A stretch of DNA of 64,000 nt from Squalus acanthias. Taxonomy: Eukaryota. The DNA lies in contig CM059432.1 of NCBI GenBank assembly GCA_030390025.1, positions 92,816,001 through 92,880,000 of the forward strand, read 5' to 3'. Both the position numbers and the translations under genes were made by a program. This document shows, piece after piece, positions 34,438 to 45,706 of the stretch. Under the pieces are notes generated by a model. That model worked only from the letters and a program-made list of their open reading frames with translations, was not told where the DNA came from and did not search any database. The first letter of the stretch is position 1; each line of letters begins with the position of its first letter.

Positions 34438-37147
34438 TAAGCAGGCTGCTTTGTCCTGGATGGTGTCGAGTTTCTTGAGTTGCATTCATCCAGGCAAGTG
34501 GAGAGTATTCCATCACACTCCTGACTTGTGCCTTATAGATGGTGGAAAGGCTTTGGGGAGTCAGGAAGTGAGACACTTGCCGCAGAATACCCAGCCTCTG
34601 ATCTGCTCTTGTTGCCACAGTATTTATGTGACTGGTCCAGTTAAGTTTCTGGTCTGTGGTTATCCAAAGGATGTTGATGAGGGATTCGGCGATGGTAATG
34701 CCGTTGAATGTCAAGGGGTGGTGGTTAGACTCTTGCTGTTGGAGATAGTCATTGAGTGGCACTTGTGTGGCGCAAATGTTACTTGTCCCTTATCAGCCCA
34801 AGCCTGAATGTCGTCCAGGTCTTGCTGCATGTGTGCATGGACTGCTTCATTATCTGACGAGTTGCGAATGGAACTGTGCAAACATCAGCGAACTTCCACA
34901 CTTCTGACCTTATGATGGAGGGAAGGTCATTGATGAAGCAGCTGAAGATGTTTGGCCTTAGGACACTGCCCTGAGGAACTCCTTCAGCGATGTCCTGGGG
35001 CTGAGATGATTGACCACCAACAACCACAACCATCTTCCTTTGTGCTAGGTATGACTCCAGCCAGTGGTGTTTTCCCCGATTCCCACTGACTTCAATTTTA
35101 CCAGGGCTCCTTGATGCCACACTCGGTCAGCTGCTGCCTTGATGTCAAGGGCAGTCACTCTTACCTCTCACCTCACCTCTGGAATTCAGCTCTTTTGTTC
35201 ATGTTTGGACCAAAGCTGTAATGAGGTCTGGAGCCGAGTGGTCCTGGCGGAACCCAAACTGAGCATCGGTGAGAAGGTTGTTGGTGAGTAAGTGCCGCTT
35301 GATAGCACTGTCGATGACACCTTCCATCACTTTGCTGATGATTGAGAGTAGGCTAATGGGTCGGTAATTGACCAGATTGGATTTGTCCTGCTTTTTGTGG
35401 ACCGGACATACCTGGGCAGTTTTCCACATTGTCGGGTAGATGCCAGTGTTGTAGCTGTACTGGAACAGCTTGGCTCGAGGCACAGCTAGTTCTGGAGCAC
35501 AAGTCTGCAGCACGACAGCCGGAATGTTGTCGGGGCCCATAGCCTTTGCTGTATCCAGTGTGCTTCGCCGTTTCTTGATATCACGTGGAGTGAATCGAAT
35601 TGGCTGAAGACTGGCTTCTGTGATGGTGGGGACCTCAGGAGGAGGCCGATATGAATTATCCACTCGGCACTTCTGGCTGAAGATGGTTGCAAACGCTTCA
35701 GCCTTGTCTTTTGCACTCGCGTTGTTGGGCTCCGCCATCATTGAGGATGGGGATATTCATGGAGCCTCCTCCTATCGTTAGTTGTTTAATTGTCCAGCAC
35801 TGCAGAGCTTTGATCTGATCCATTGATTATGGGATAGCTTCGCTCTGTCTATAGCATGCTGCTTCCACTGTTTAGCATCCATGTAGTCCTGTGTTGCCGC
35901 TTCCCCAGGTTAGCACCTCAGTTTTAGGTACACCTGGTGCTGCTCCGAGCATGCTCTTCTGCACTTCTCATTGAATCAGGGTTGGTCCCCTGGCTTGATG
36001 GTAATGGTAGAGTGAGGGATATGCCAGGCCATGAGTTTACAGAATGTGGTGGAATACAATTCTGCTGCTGCTGATGGTCCACAATGCCTCATGGATGCCC
36101 AATTTTGAGCTGCTAGATCTGTTCTGAATCTATCCCATTTAGCACGGTGGTAGTTCCACACAACACGATGGAGGGTGCCCTCAGTGTGAAGACGGGATTT
36201 CATCTCCACAAGGACTGTGTGATGGTCACCGCTACCAATGCTGTCATGGACAGATGCATCTGCGACAGGTAGATTGGTGAGGACAAGGTCAAGTATGTTT
36301 TTTCCCTCATGTTGGTTCTCTCACCACCTGCCGCAGGCCCAGTCTGGCAGCTATGTCCTTCAGGACTCGGCCAGTAGTGGTGCTACTGAGCCACTCTTGG
36401 TGATGGACATTGAAGTCCCCTACCCAGAGTGCATTCTGTGCCCTTGTTACCCTCAGTGATTATTCCAATTGGTGTTCAACATGGAGGAGTACTGATTCAT
36501 CAGCTGAGGAAGGGCGGCAGGTGATAATCAGCAGGAGGTTTCCTTGCCTATGCTTGCCATGAACCCATGAGACTTCATGGGGTCCAGAGTCAATTTTGAG
36601 GACCCCCAGGGTCACTCCCTTCTGACTGTATACCACTGCCGGTGGGACAGGACATACCCAGGGATAGTAATGGAGGAGTCTGGGACATTGGCTGAAAGGT
36701 ATGATTCTGTGAGTATGACTATGTCAGGCTGTTGCTTGACTAGTTTGTGGGCCAGCTCTCCCAATTTTGGCACAATTCCCCACGTGTTAGTGAGGAAGAC
36801 TTTGCAGGGTTGACTGGGCTGGGTGTGCCATTTTCGTGTCCGAAGCCGGTGTCAAGGTCAGTGTCGAGTGGTTCGTCCCGTTTCATTCTTATTATTGCTT
36901 TTCGTAGCGGTTTGTTGCAACTGAGTGGCATGCTAAGCCATTTCAGAGGGCAGTTAAGAGTCAACCACATTGCTGTGGGTCTGGAGTCACATATAGGCCA
37001 GACCAGGTAAGGGCAGCAGATTTCCTTCCCGAAAGGGCATTGTTTTTAACGACAATCCGATAGTTTTATGGTCACCATTACTGATACTAGCTTTTTATTC
37101 CAGATTTATTTAATTAACTGAATTTAAATTCCCCAGCTGCCATGGTG

Positions 37148-37222
37148 GGATTTGAACTCACATCTCCAGATCATTAGTCCAGGCTTTTGGATTACTAGTC
37201 CAGTAACATAACCACTATGCCA
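37148..37222 (-). promoter_or_regulatory. tRNA-type (Pol III type 2) internal promoter at the LINE 5' end
   Basis: A box TGGCATAGTGG (rc 37212-37222), anticodon arm CTGGA-CTAGTAA-TCCAA (rc 37187-37203), B box GTTCAAATCC (rc 37148-37157). Confidence 0.75.
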
Positions 37223-39748
37223 CCGTTCACGTTTTTGATGCATATGTAGATGATTTGGGCTTGAGTACAGGGAGAACAATCTCAAATTTCTGATAACATT
37301 AAAGGAATTTTGGCAAATAATGAGGACGACTGTAAAAGACTTCAGGAAGATATCGACAGGTTAACTGAATGGGCAGACAGATGGTAGATGCAACTTAGTA
37401 TGGATAAGTGTGAAGTAAAGTATTTTGGGGAAAAATAAACCAAAGAATGGGAGTATACACTTAATAGAAAGACACTGAAGGACACTGCGGATAAACAGAG
37501 ACCTAGGAATTACAATACATAATTGCTTGAAAGTGCAAGTGCAGGTAGATAAAGCCATAAAAAAGCCAATAGAATTTGTGTTTTATAAATAGGAACATAG
37601 AGTATAAAAGTAAAATTATGATTAATATATACAAAACATTGGTTAGGCTACAATTAGAGTGCTGTGTGCAGTTTTGGGCATCCATTATAGAAAGGACATT
37701 AAAACCATAGACACCATTCAGTACATAGATTCACCAGGATGTAGCAGAGATAGGAAATTATTTTCATGAGGAGAGATTTGAAATACTGGGACTATTCTCA
37801 CTGGAGCAAATGCTAAGAGGAGATTTAATAGATACTTCTAAAATCAGGAAATGTTTTGATGTGAACAGGGAAAGACTATTTCCTTTGTCTGGGGAGTCAG
37901 TGGCAAGGGAGTCATCAATTTAAAATTATTACTGAGAGTAAGGAGAGAGGTTGGAAGAAATGTCTTCATGCAGAGCTATTGGAGGATGGAACACTTTGCC
38001 AGAGGGAGTGGTTGAGGCAGAAACCATTGTGTCTTTTAAAGGAAATATTGATAAATATTTGTTGCAGAGGAAGATACAAGGCTATGGGGGGAGAGCAGGG
38101 CAGTGGGATCAGCTTTGGATTGCCCGAGCAAAGAGTTGGCAGAGACACAATGGGCTGAGTGATCTCCTGTGCTGTGAATTTCTATGGTTCTTTGGTTCTA
38201 TGGACTGGTATTGGTGGGCTGACAAACTGTGCAGCTGATATGTGTCAGTGGAGAGGAACAGTTCTCAGTCAGCCCAGTAATTAGAGCATTCTGCTTTCAC
38301 AGAGAGTTGATATTTCATACTTCTTGAGCCAAGTAAATATTCTTATATTGTTCCAGCCATAGAGCAGGGTTTGTTTCCAAAGCTGAGCATATAGCACCAA
38401 TTTGTTCATTTTGGCTTTCTAGCTGAAGAAAGAACTAGTGGATTTGAGAAGCAGCTGTGAGGGAAAAAAAGGAATCCAAGTTGAATAAAATTTCTGCTCC
38501 TTTAGAGATACTGTGCATTATATACCATTACTTTTTGTAATGTTGACACGCCTCTTTTTCCTTAATGCTGAAATAGTTCCTTTACTTGATGGTTTCAATT
38601 TACTCCCCACTCACTTAATTACCAAACATTTCCAATTGGAAACATGAAACCAACCTGCTAGCATACTGAAGCATAATAGAATTCTGCCTTTTGGATACAG
38701 TAGTGTCAACTCTCCTATATTGATGGATTTTGTGCATTTCATAAACTAACAGATAAATGTACAGGCTAATATTTGAATTGGAGATGTATCAGGTATCAGT
38801 TTGAAATGATACCTGATAGAGTGATCTGCACAGAGTGGTCTTAAACAGAGTGCTTCTAAGCAGACTGTTAAACTTGGGAATTTGGAGAGAGTGGGAGTCT
38901 CTGGGAAGTTCTGGGTGTTGTTTGAGCTGCTGCTGCAGAGAGAGAGTTCTCTCTGTGTGAGGAAGAGGTGTTTCTACTGCTGATACTGAGGTGCCTGAAC
39001 AGAGGAGAGGGAAGAGGGAGAGAAAAAGACCAGAAGAGAGCAATTCTCCATTGCCTCCCTTAATTGCCTTCTTGTTGGCTCTCCATTTTGGGAGAGGGAG
39101 AGAGGGGAGGAAGAGACTATCATGACAACAACCAGAAAGAACATCATCTGTTTGGAAGGAGGAAGAGCCAAATCAACATTTAACAACAACAACAGCTGAG
39201 TGTTTTGGTGCACTCTCCACAAGAGACTGTGACTTGTAGGTGGGGGGAGGAAAGAAGAAAAAGGCCGGACATCGTGGGTGTGTGTGTGTGTGGCTCTTGT
39301 TAATAAATGTGCCTCACACACTACTAATAAACACCCCTCCCCCATTGCCTGGCCCATCAATAAGACCTGGTGGAGGACTGTGCCTGGGCATTTCCAACTA
39401 TCCCAGGCGAAGACACCTTCTCCCCCCACCAGAAGAACATCATTGTTATAGACAGTGTGATTCCATCAGAGAGTGCACCCCTGCAAGCACCCACCCACCA
39501 TCGTGAGTGGCGACCCCGCCCCTGCGGCCTCCCTCCTTCCCCCTCCCTTTTCTTTTTCTCTCTCTCTCTGAGAGGCACCTCTATTCTTTTATTTGATTGA
39601 TTATTGAGCATAAAAAAGGGAGAAGTGTGTTTTCATTTGAGAACACCCTCTGCTCAAGGAACATAATACCTAAGGCCCCAATTACAAACATCGGGCCTGA
39701 GTCTTGGGGTGAGTGTAGCTCTTAAAAAAAAAAAAAGAACACCCATCA

Positions 39749-41846
39749 ATGGCAACTCCATCTTCGCTGGTGGCGGGGTCAGCGAGGACGTACGCGGGCG
39801 TGGCAGCAGCAGCTGCTCCTGCTGCCCCGTCACCTTTTAAACTAATCACAAAACAACATGGGGTCAAAAGCTACACTCACCCCAACATGACAATTGAGGC
39901 TTGCGTGAAAGCCATGGCTGGGGTTGTCGGCCCCTCAGCCATCGTTGCAGTCTCAAAGATGTACAGGAAGGCTGTGTTCTTCCTGAGTCGGAGCAGGCGG
40001 TGTCCCTTGCCCTAAATAAGGGGCTCACAGTGGGCAGGACTTTCCTGCCGGTGGACTCCCTTGAGGCCACAGCGCAGCGAATTGTACTCTCCAATGTCCC
40101 GCCCTTTGTCCCCGTTGAGCTCCTCCTCCCCCATCTACGTCAACTGGAGGAGGTGAGGTTGGGGATAATGCCGATCGCGCTCGGCTTCAAGGAGGCCAGC
40201 CTCTGTTACGTCTTCTCCTTCCGCGCTAGCTGAATACAAAGCTGGTGCGGGAGGAGGACACGGAGGATGCATTCTTAGTGCACCATGAAGGGACAGCCCT
40301 TCAGGACGTCGGATGGTGTGCGGTGCCACGCCTGTAAGGAGGTGGGGCACGTATGTAAAAACTGCCCCGCCTACAAGGCCACTAAAACACCTAAAGCGGC
40401 CGAGGCTGGCGCCGCCACCACTCCTCCTCCTGTTCCCGTCCAGGCGTCGGAACCACCATATGAGCGGGCGACGTCGGAGGCCAATACCAGCACGGCCTCC
40501 GGCAGGGGGGAGGGAGAGCGTCTGAGTGGAAGGAAGGAAGGCGAAAGAAAAAACATCTAGAGGCGAGTCCCTCAGACATCCCAAACGGCCCCATAACTGC
40601 GCTCGCCCCGAACACCGTGGCAACCGTGAGCGCGAGGGATCCTGTGCCCGAGCCCGTGACCGTACTCGCTCCTGCAGAGAATTTGAAACCCGCAGTCGGG
40701 CTCGGGCCTGGGAAAGAGACACAGAAGGAGGGAGCGGAGGTGGAGACCTCGGCAGATATGGAGGTCTCTCTACCTCTGTGTCCCTCCGGATTAAAAAGGC
40801 ACCGCTCCTTGGAAGCGGAGGAGGACCTAGAGGAAGGAGGTCCTTCCATCCAAGAGGAGTTGGCGCCCATCGCGGGTCCGGCGCCAACCCCCACCTCCAC
40901 CAACACGTGACGTCGGCGGGAGTCGCTCGTCCCTCGGGAGGGTGAGACAGCTCCGTCTCTCCGGCCTGTGCCTCCCGGGGATGGGGAAGAAGCCCTGCCC
41001 GTGGGGTGGGGGGGAGTCGCTGAACCTCCCACCGTCACTTTTGTTACTACAGCACCACAACTGTTACTCGTCGCCGGGTTGGGCGTTCTGGGGGCTGAGG
41101 CAGGCGAGGCCGATGAGGCTGACCTCGCCCAGTCACACCCTGACATCTCCCTGGAACTGCTCGACCTGGTGGAGGATTGTAATCAAAACACCCCGCCCGC
41201 TTGGGTGGTGGCGGGGTGGGGGGGAGGGCCCCCTATCTCCGTCTCTGACACTGGTGCCGGGTGTGTTGGAGGAACTGGGTATGGTTTTCTCCCCGGTTTC
41301 TCCACACGCCCCGGCACCTGAGGCGGGGGGAGACCCGAACCGCTGCCACCTCCTGGCCCAACACCCCTGGAGGAGCCCAAGGGGGACTCCTCCGCCGTCG
41401 ATCCTGGGGGTGGGATCGTGACAGAGGTTGGGCTAGCTGGTGTGGCCAAACCATTCGCTGTACCCTGTGCGGTGTACTGATCGGCCGCTGACGACGACCT
41501 CCGGGAGGAGGACGGGGGCTCGGTGGAGGGCACTGGGGATGATTTGGACTCCATCGCCAGTCAGGCGGTGGATGACCTCGTGCCCCCTACCAAGTCTCCC
41601 CTCATCCCCGTTGTGGAACTCTGGGAATTTCTGTTGGAATGCCTGAGTCGTCGCGATAAGATCCAGCTGGCCCTCGACAGGTGGTCGGTGCTGGCGCCGC
41701 TCATCAGGACCGTCCGCACTGCTGTTAAGACCCTGGGCGCGGACAAGGACGTGAGCCATCATGAGCTGCGCCGGCTGAAGACGTTCCTCACTGGGCTGCT
41801 GAGGGAGTGGAGGATAATGAGCGACTTCGCTCTCTCCCCACAGTAG
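39749..41846 (+). pseudogene. Tx1 ORF1 (gag-like, zinc knuckle), frameshifted
   Basis: MATPSS..IVAVSKMYRKAVFFL, LSNVPPF, VRCHACKEVGHVCKNCP, and a long Pro/Ala-rich region. Confidence 0.8.
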
Positions 41847-41876
41847 GTTAGGTAGAGGTTGCACTGTGCTCTTGTC

Positions 41877-44800
41877 ATGAAGATAACCATAGCCAGACTC
41901 AGCATCAATGGCAGCAGAGAGGCGCACTGCAGATTTATTAACTTCTTGTTCCTTTAGGAAGGGAAGTATGGGGGTGTGTTTCCTGCAGGAAACCCACACC
42001 GTTCCGGGAGACGAGGCTACGTGGCTCCTGGAATGGCAAGGACAGGTCCGCATGAGTCACCTCGCTACCACTTCTTGCGGGGTGGCTATCTTGCTGGAGC
42101 CACATTTTCAGCCGGAGATCTTGCGGGTCAAGGAGCCAGAGCCTGTGCCATGCCACTTGCTCCATCTCACTGTTGGCGTGCTGCTCCATCTAGTGAACAT
42201 GTACGCCCCCCAGACCGGTGCGGAACAAGTGTGCTTCTTTGAAGAAGTGTCTGCTCTTTTAGCTTTCATCGGCGTCGGCGAGTGAATTATCCTTGGGGGG
42301 GATTTCAACTGCACCGTCGAGGAGAAGAACCATTCTGGTGCCCCGCACAGTCGAGTCCTTTGACTTGGTGGATGTCTGGCGAAATCTCCATCCCGACTGC
42401 AGCGCCTTCACTTGGGTGAGGTCTGGAGGAGGAAGGTCCAGAATCGACCGCCTTTTCATTTCCTGGGCGTGCATCTCCTGCGTTCCGTTGGCTTCCATGC
42501 AGCCAGTGCTGTGCTCAGACCACCACCTGGTGTGGGCAGAGCTCGCTCCGCTCCGTGCGCGGGGGGGTCCGTGTACTGGCATTTTAACAACCTGCTGCTG
42601 GAGGACAAATGGTTCTGGGATTCGTTCCGTCGATTCTGGGCCGACTGGAGAAGGAAGCAGGGGGGGCTTCCCCTCCTTGAGGCTATGGTGGGACGTGAGC
42701 AAGGCTCACGTCCGTCTCTTCTGTCAGGAGTACGTGAAAGAATCGACCAAGAGGCGGGAGGCCCAGGTGGGGCGGTTGGAGAAGGAGGTGCTCGACCTGG
42801 AGTCCTGTCTCAGTCAAGTCGTCGAAGAACCGGCCCTGTGGAAGGTGTATGAAGAGAAGAGGGGCGCGCTGAAGGACCTGCAGCTCGTCGGGTCCTGAGG
42901 CGCGTACGTGAGGTCACGGATCCGGTTCCTCTAGGACCTGGACCGCCGCTCCCCCTTCTTCTACTCACTGGAAAAAAGACAGCTCTTGGGGCTGCTGGCC
43001 GATGACGGAGCTCTGGTCGCGGATCCTGAGGGCATCAGTGCCGGGGCACAGGCCTATTACGAGGCTCAGTTCTCTCGGATCCGTCCAGCGAGGATGCGCG
43101 CTGAGTTTTGTGGGAGAACTTGCCGAAGGTCGGCCCAGAGGGCGCCGAACAGCTGAATGCTCCGCTGAGCCTGGCGGAGCTGACCATGGTCAGCTCTCGA
43201 GGGGCAAGTCCCCGGGGCTGGACGGCCTGACCGTGGAGTTCCACAGGGCGTTCTGGGACGTCCTGCGGGGGGCGACTACGCGCGGGTCCTGTGGAAAAGT
43301 CTGGCGACCGGGGAGATGCCTCTCTCTTGGCGCAGGGCGGTCATCGTCCTGCTGCCCAAGAGGGGTGATCTCCGCCTGCTTAAGAACTGGCGCCCGGTCT
43401 CCCTCCTTGTCACGGATTACAAGATCTTTGCCAGGGCCATGTCTGCTCGCCTTGGCACCGTGCTGGCCCACATGATCCACCCCGACCAGTCCTACACGTT
43501 CCCGGGCCAGACCATCCACAATTACATCCATCTGGTCCGGGTCCTGGTCCACCATTCGCAGAGGGCTGGTCTGTCGGTCGCCTTCCTTTCCCTCGACTAG
43601 GAGAAGGCGTTCGACAGGGTGGATCACGAATACCTCTTCGGGACTCTGCGTGTATCCGGGTTCGGGACGCATTTCATCGCCCGGATTCAACTTCTGTGCG
43701 CTGCTGCAGAGTGTCTGATTAAGATTAATGGGTCTTTGACGGCGCCCCTTCGCTTCGGGAGAGAGGTGCGTCAGGGATGCCCCTTGTCCGGCCAGTCATA
43801 TGCCATCTGCATGGAGTCTTTCCTGCGCCTCTTGCGGAAGAGGTTGACGGGATTGGCTCTGCAAGAGCCAGGCGTGGAGGTCGTCCTCTTGGCTTACGCT
43901 GATGACGTGCTCCTCATGGTCACGGATCCCGTTGACTTGTGGAGGATGCGCAAGTGCCAGCAGGTCTACTCGGCTGCGTCCTCCGCCAGGATCAACTGGG
44001 AGAAATGTTCCGGACTCCTGGTGGGTCAGTGGCGGGTGCACTCCTTGCTGGAGGAGCTCGGGCCTTTTTCCTGGAGCACCACTCATCTCCTCTACCTGGG
44101 AGTCTACCTTAGCCCTGCCAAGGAAGCCTGGCCGGCGAACTGGCAAGAGCTGGAGGCCAAAGTCACCGCTCGCCTAGGGCGTTTTACAGGACTGCTCCAA
44201 GTGCTGTTCTACAACGGTCGAGTGCTGGTCATAAATCAACTGGTGGCCGCTATGCTGTGGTACCGGTTGGTCACTTTGATCCCTCCCCCTGCGTTTGTCA
44301 CCAAGATACAGAAGAAGCTTCTTCTAGGACAAAAGGAAGCATTGGGTCTCTGCCGCGGTTCTGAGTCTCCCGCTTAGGGACGGCGGTCAGGCGCTGGTGT
44401 GCCTTCGTACCCAGGCTGCGACTTTCCGTCTTCAGACCCTGCAGAGATACCTGTACGTCGAGGATCCTCCCAAATGGTGTGTACTGGCAACGTATTTCTT
44501 TCACCAGCTGCACGGCCTCAATTACAACACGCAGCTCCTGTTTGCAAACCTAGTGGGTACTCATGCCTCCTTGTGGGAGCTGCCTGTCTTCTACCAGGAA
44601 CTGATCAGGATCTGGAACAAGGTCGCCTACAGACGGAGTTCTCCCCCGTCAGGAGTGGCGGCTATCCTTCGGGAGCCGCTGCTCAGGAATCCGCACCTGC
44701 ATGACCACAGGTTCATAAGACTGGCGGAGGGCAGGGCTCTGTCTGGCACGGTGACCAGAGTCAGGGACCTACTGGATGGCAGAGGAGCAGGTTGGATGGC

Positions 44801-45706
44801 GCCAGAGGAGCTGGCGCAGCGCCTATCCTAGGCCGATGTCCGGCCAAAGCCATCGAGTCGCTAAAAGTGGCACTGGGCCCTGACTCCACTAGGTGTGTCA
44901 AGGAGGCTCAAGCATGTGGGGCGATCCCGTCCGAACTGACCTCCGTTCAGACGGAATTCCTCATCAGCACCCGGCCCCGAAACCTCCCTCAGGAGCTGGC
45001 GCCTCACAACTTGAGCCGTCTCCAGGAAATCCCTTCCGTGCCTTTCCATTCAGCATGGAGGGGTTTCCTGTACGGGCTGCTCTTGCACACCCTCCACTTT
45101 GTCATCCTCGTCTGCTGTCCGGACACGCCTTGGCACACCATCTTACCATCCAAAGGAGGCGGGTGTCCCCAATGGAGGGCTCTCTGCACGGGAGTCCTCC
45201 CTTTATGTATTTGGAACTTGGCCTGGAGGGTGTTGCGCAGGGCAGTCCCATGCAATAAGGTTTTAAGTCGGTTCACGGACTCCCAGGCCGCCTGCATTTT
45301 TTGCGGCCTGGAGGAGTCCGTGTTCCACGTTTATGCTGAGTGTGATAGGTTGCAGCCCCTCTTCCACTATTTGAAGGGGCTGCTCCTCGATTTTTGGCTA
45401 CACTTCAGTCCCACACTCCTGATCTTTGGTCACCTGGTGCGGGGGGGAGTGGGCAAGTCGGAGGGCCTCCTCATGGGACTGCTCCTAGGCCTGGCCAAGG
45501 TGGCCATCAACAGGTCCAGGCAGCGGGCGGTTCAGGGTGTTGTTCGGCCCGACTGCCTGCCTCTCTTCCTCACCTACGTTCGCGCCCGGGTGTCCCTGGA
45601 GATGAAGCATGCAGTGTCCACCGGCATGCTTGAGGCCTTCTGTGACCGGTGGGCACCAGAGGGACGAGGGTGCATCATCACCCCCGGGAATAAAATTTTA
45701 ATTTGA
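41877..45706 (+). pseudogene. Tx1 ORF2 (APE + RT + Cys motif) with multiple frameshifts and stops
   Basis: MKITIA.., FLQETH, SRIDR, SDH, KSPGLDGL, NWRPVSLL, VRQGCPLS, AYADDV, CIFCGLEESVFHVYAEC. Confidence 0.9.

Larger units (their letters stand above)
33264..37226 (-). mobile_element. Near-full-length, frameshifted single-ORF APE+RT LINE (CR1/L2 group, clade not resolved) with a tRNA-like 5' head and A-rich tail
   Basis: APE N-terminus VFLTNTWGIVPKLGELAHKLVKQQPDIVILTES at ~36700-36810, only ~400 bp from the 5' end; RT NYRPISLLS and GVPQGSVL; T-run (sense poly-A) at 33264-33276; interrupted by CR1 at 33700-34437. Confidence 0.88.
32380..38200 (+). mobile_element. Old CR1 RT fragment (32380-32642 and ~37235-38200) hosting younger insertions
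   Basis: Decayed RT sequence breaks at AGGAAACAGA (~32640) and resumes with ..DDL..TISNF..LQEDIDRL after 37235. Confidence 0.7.
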
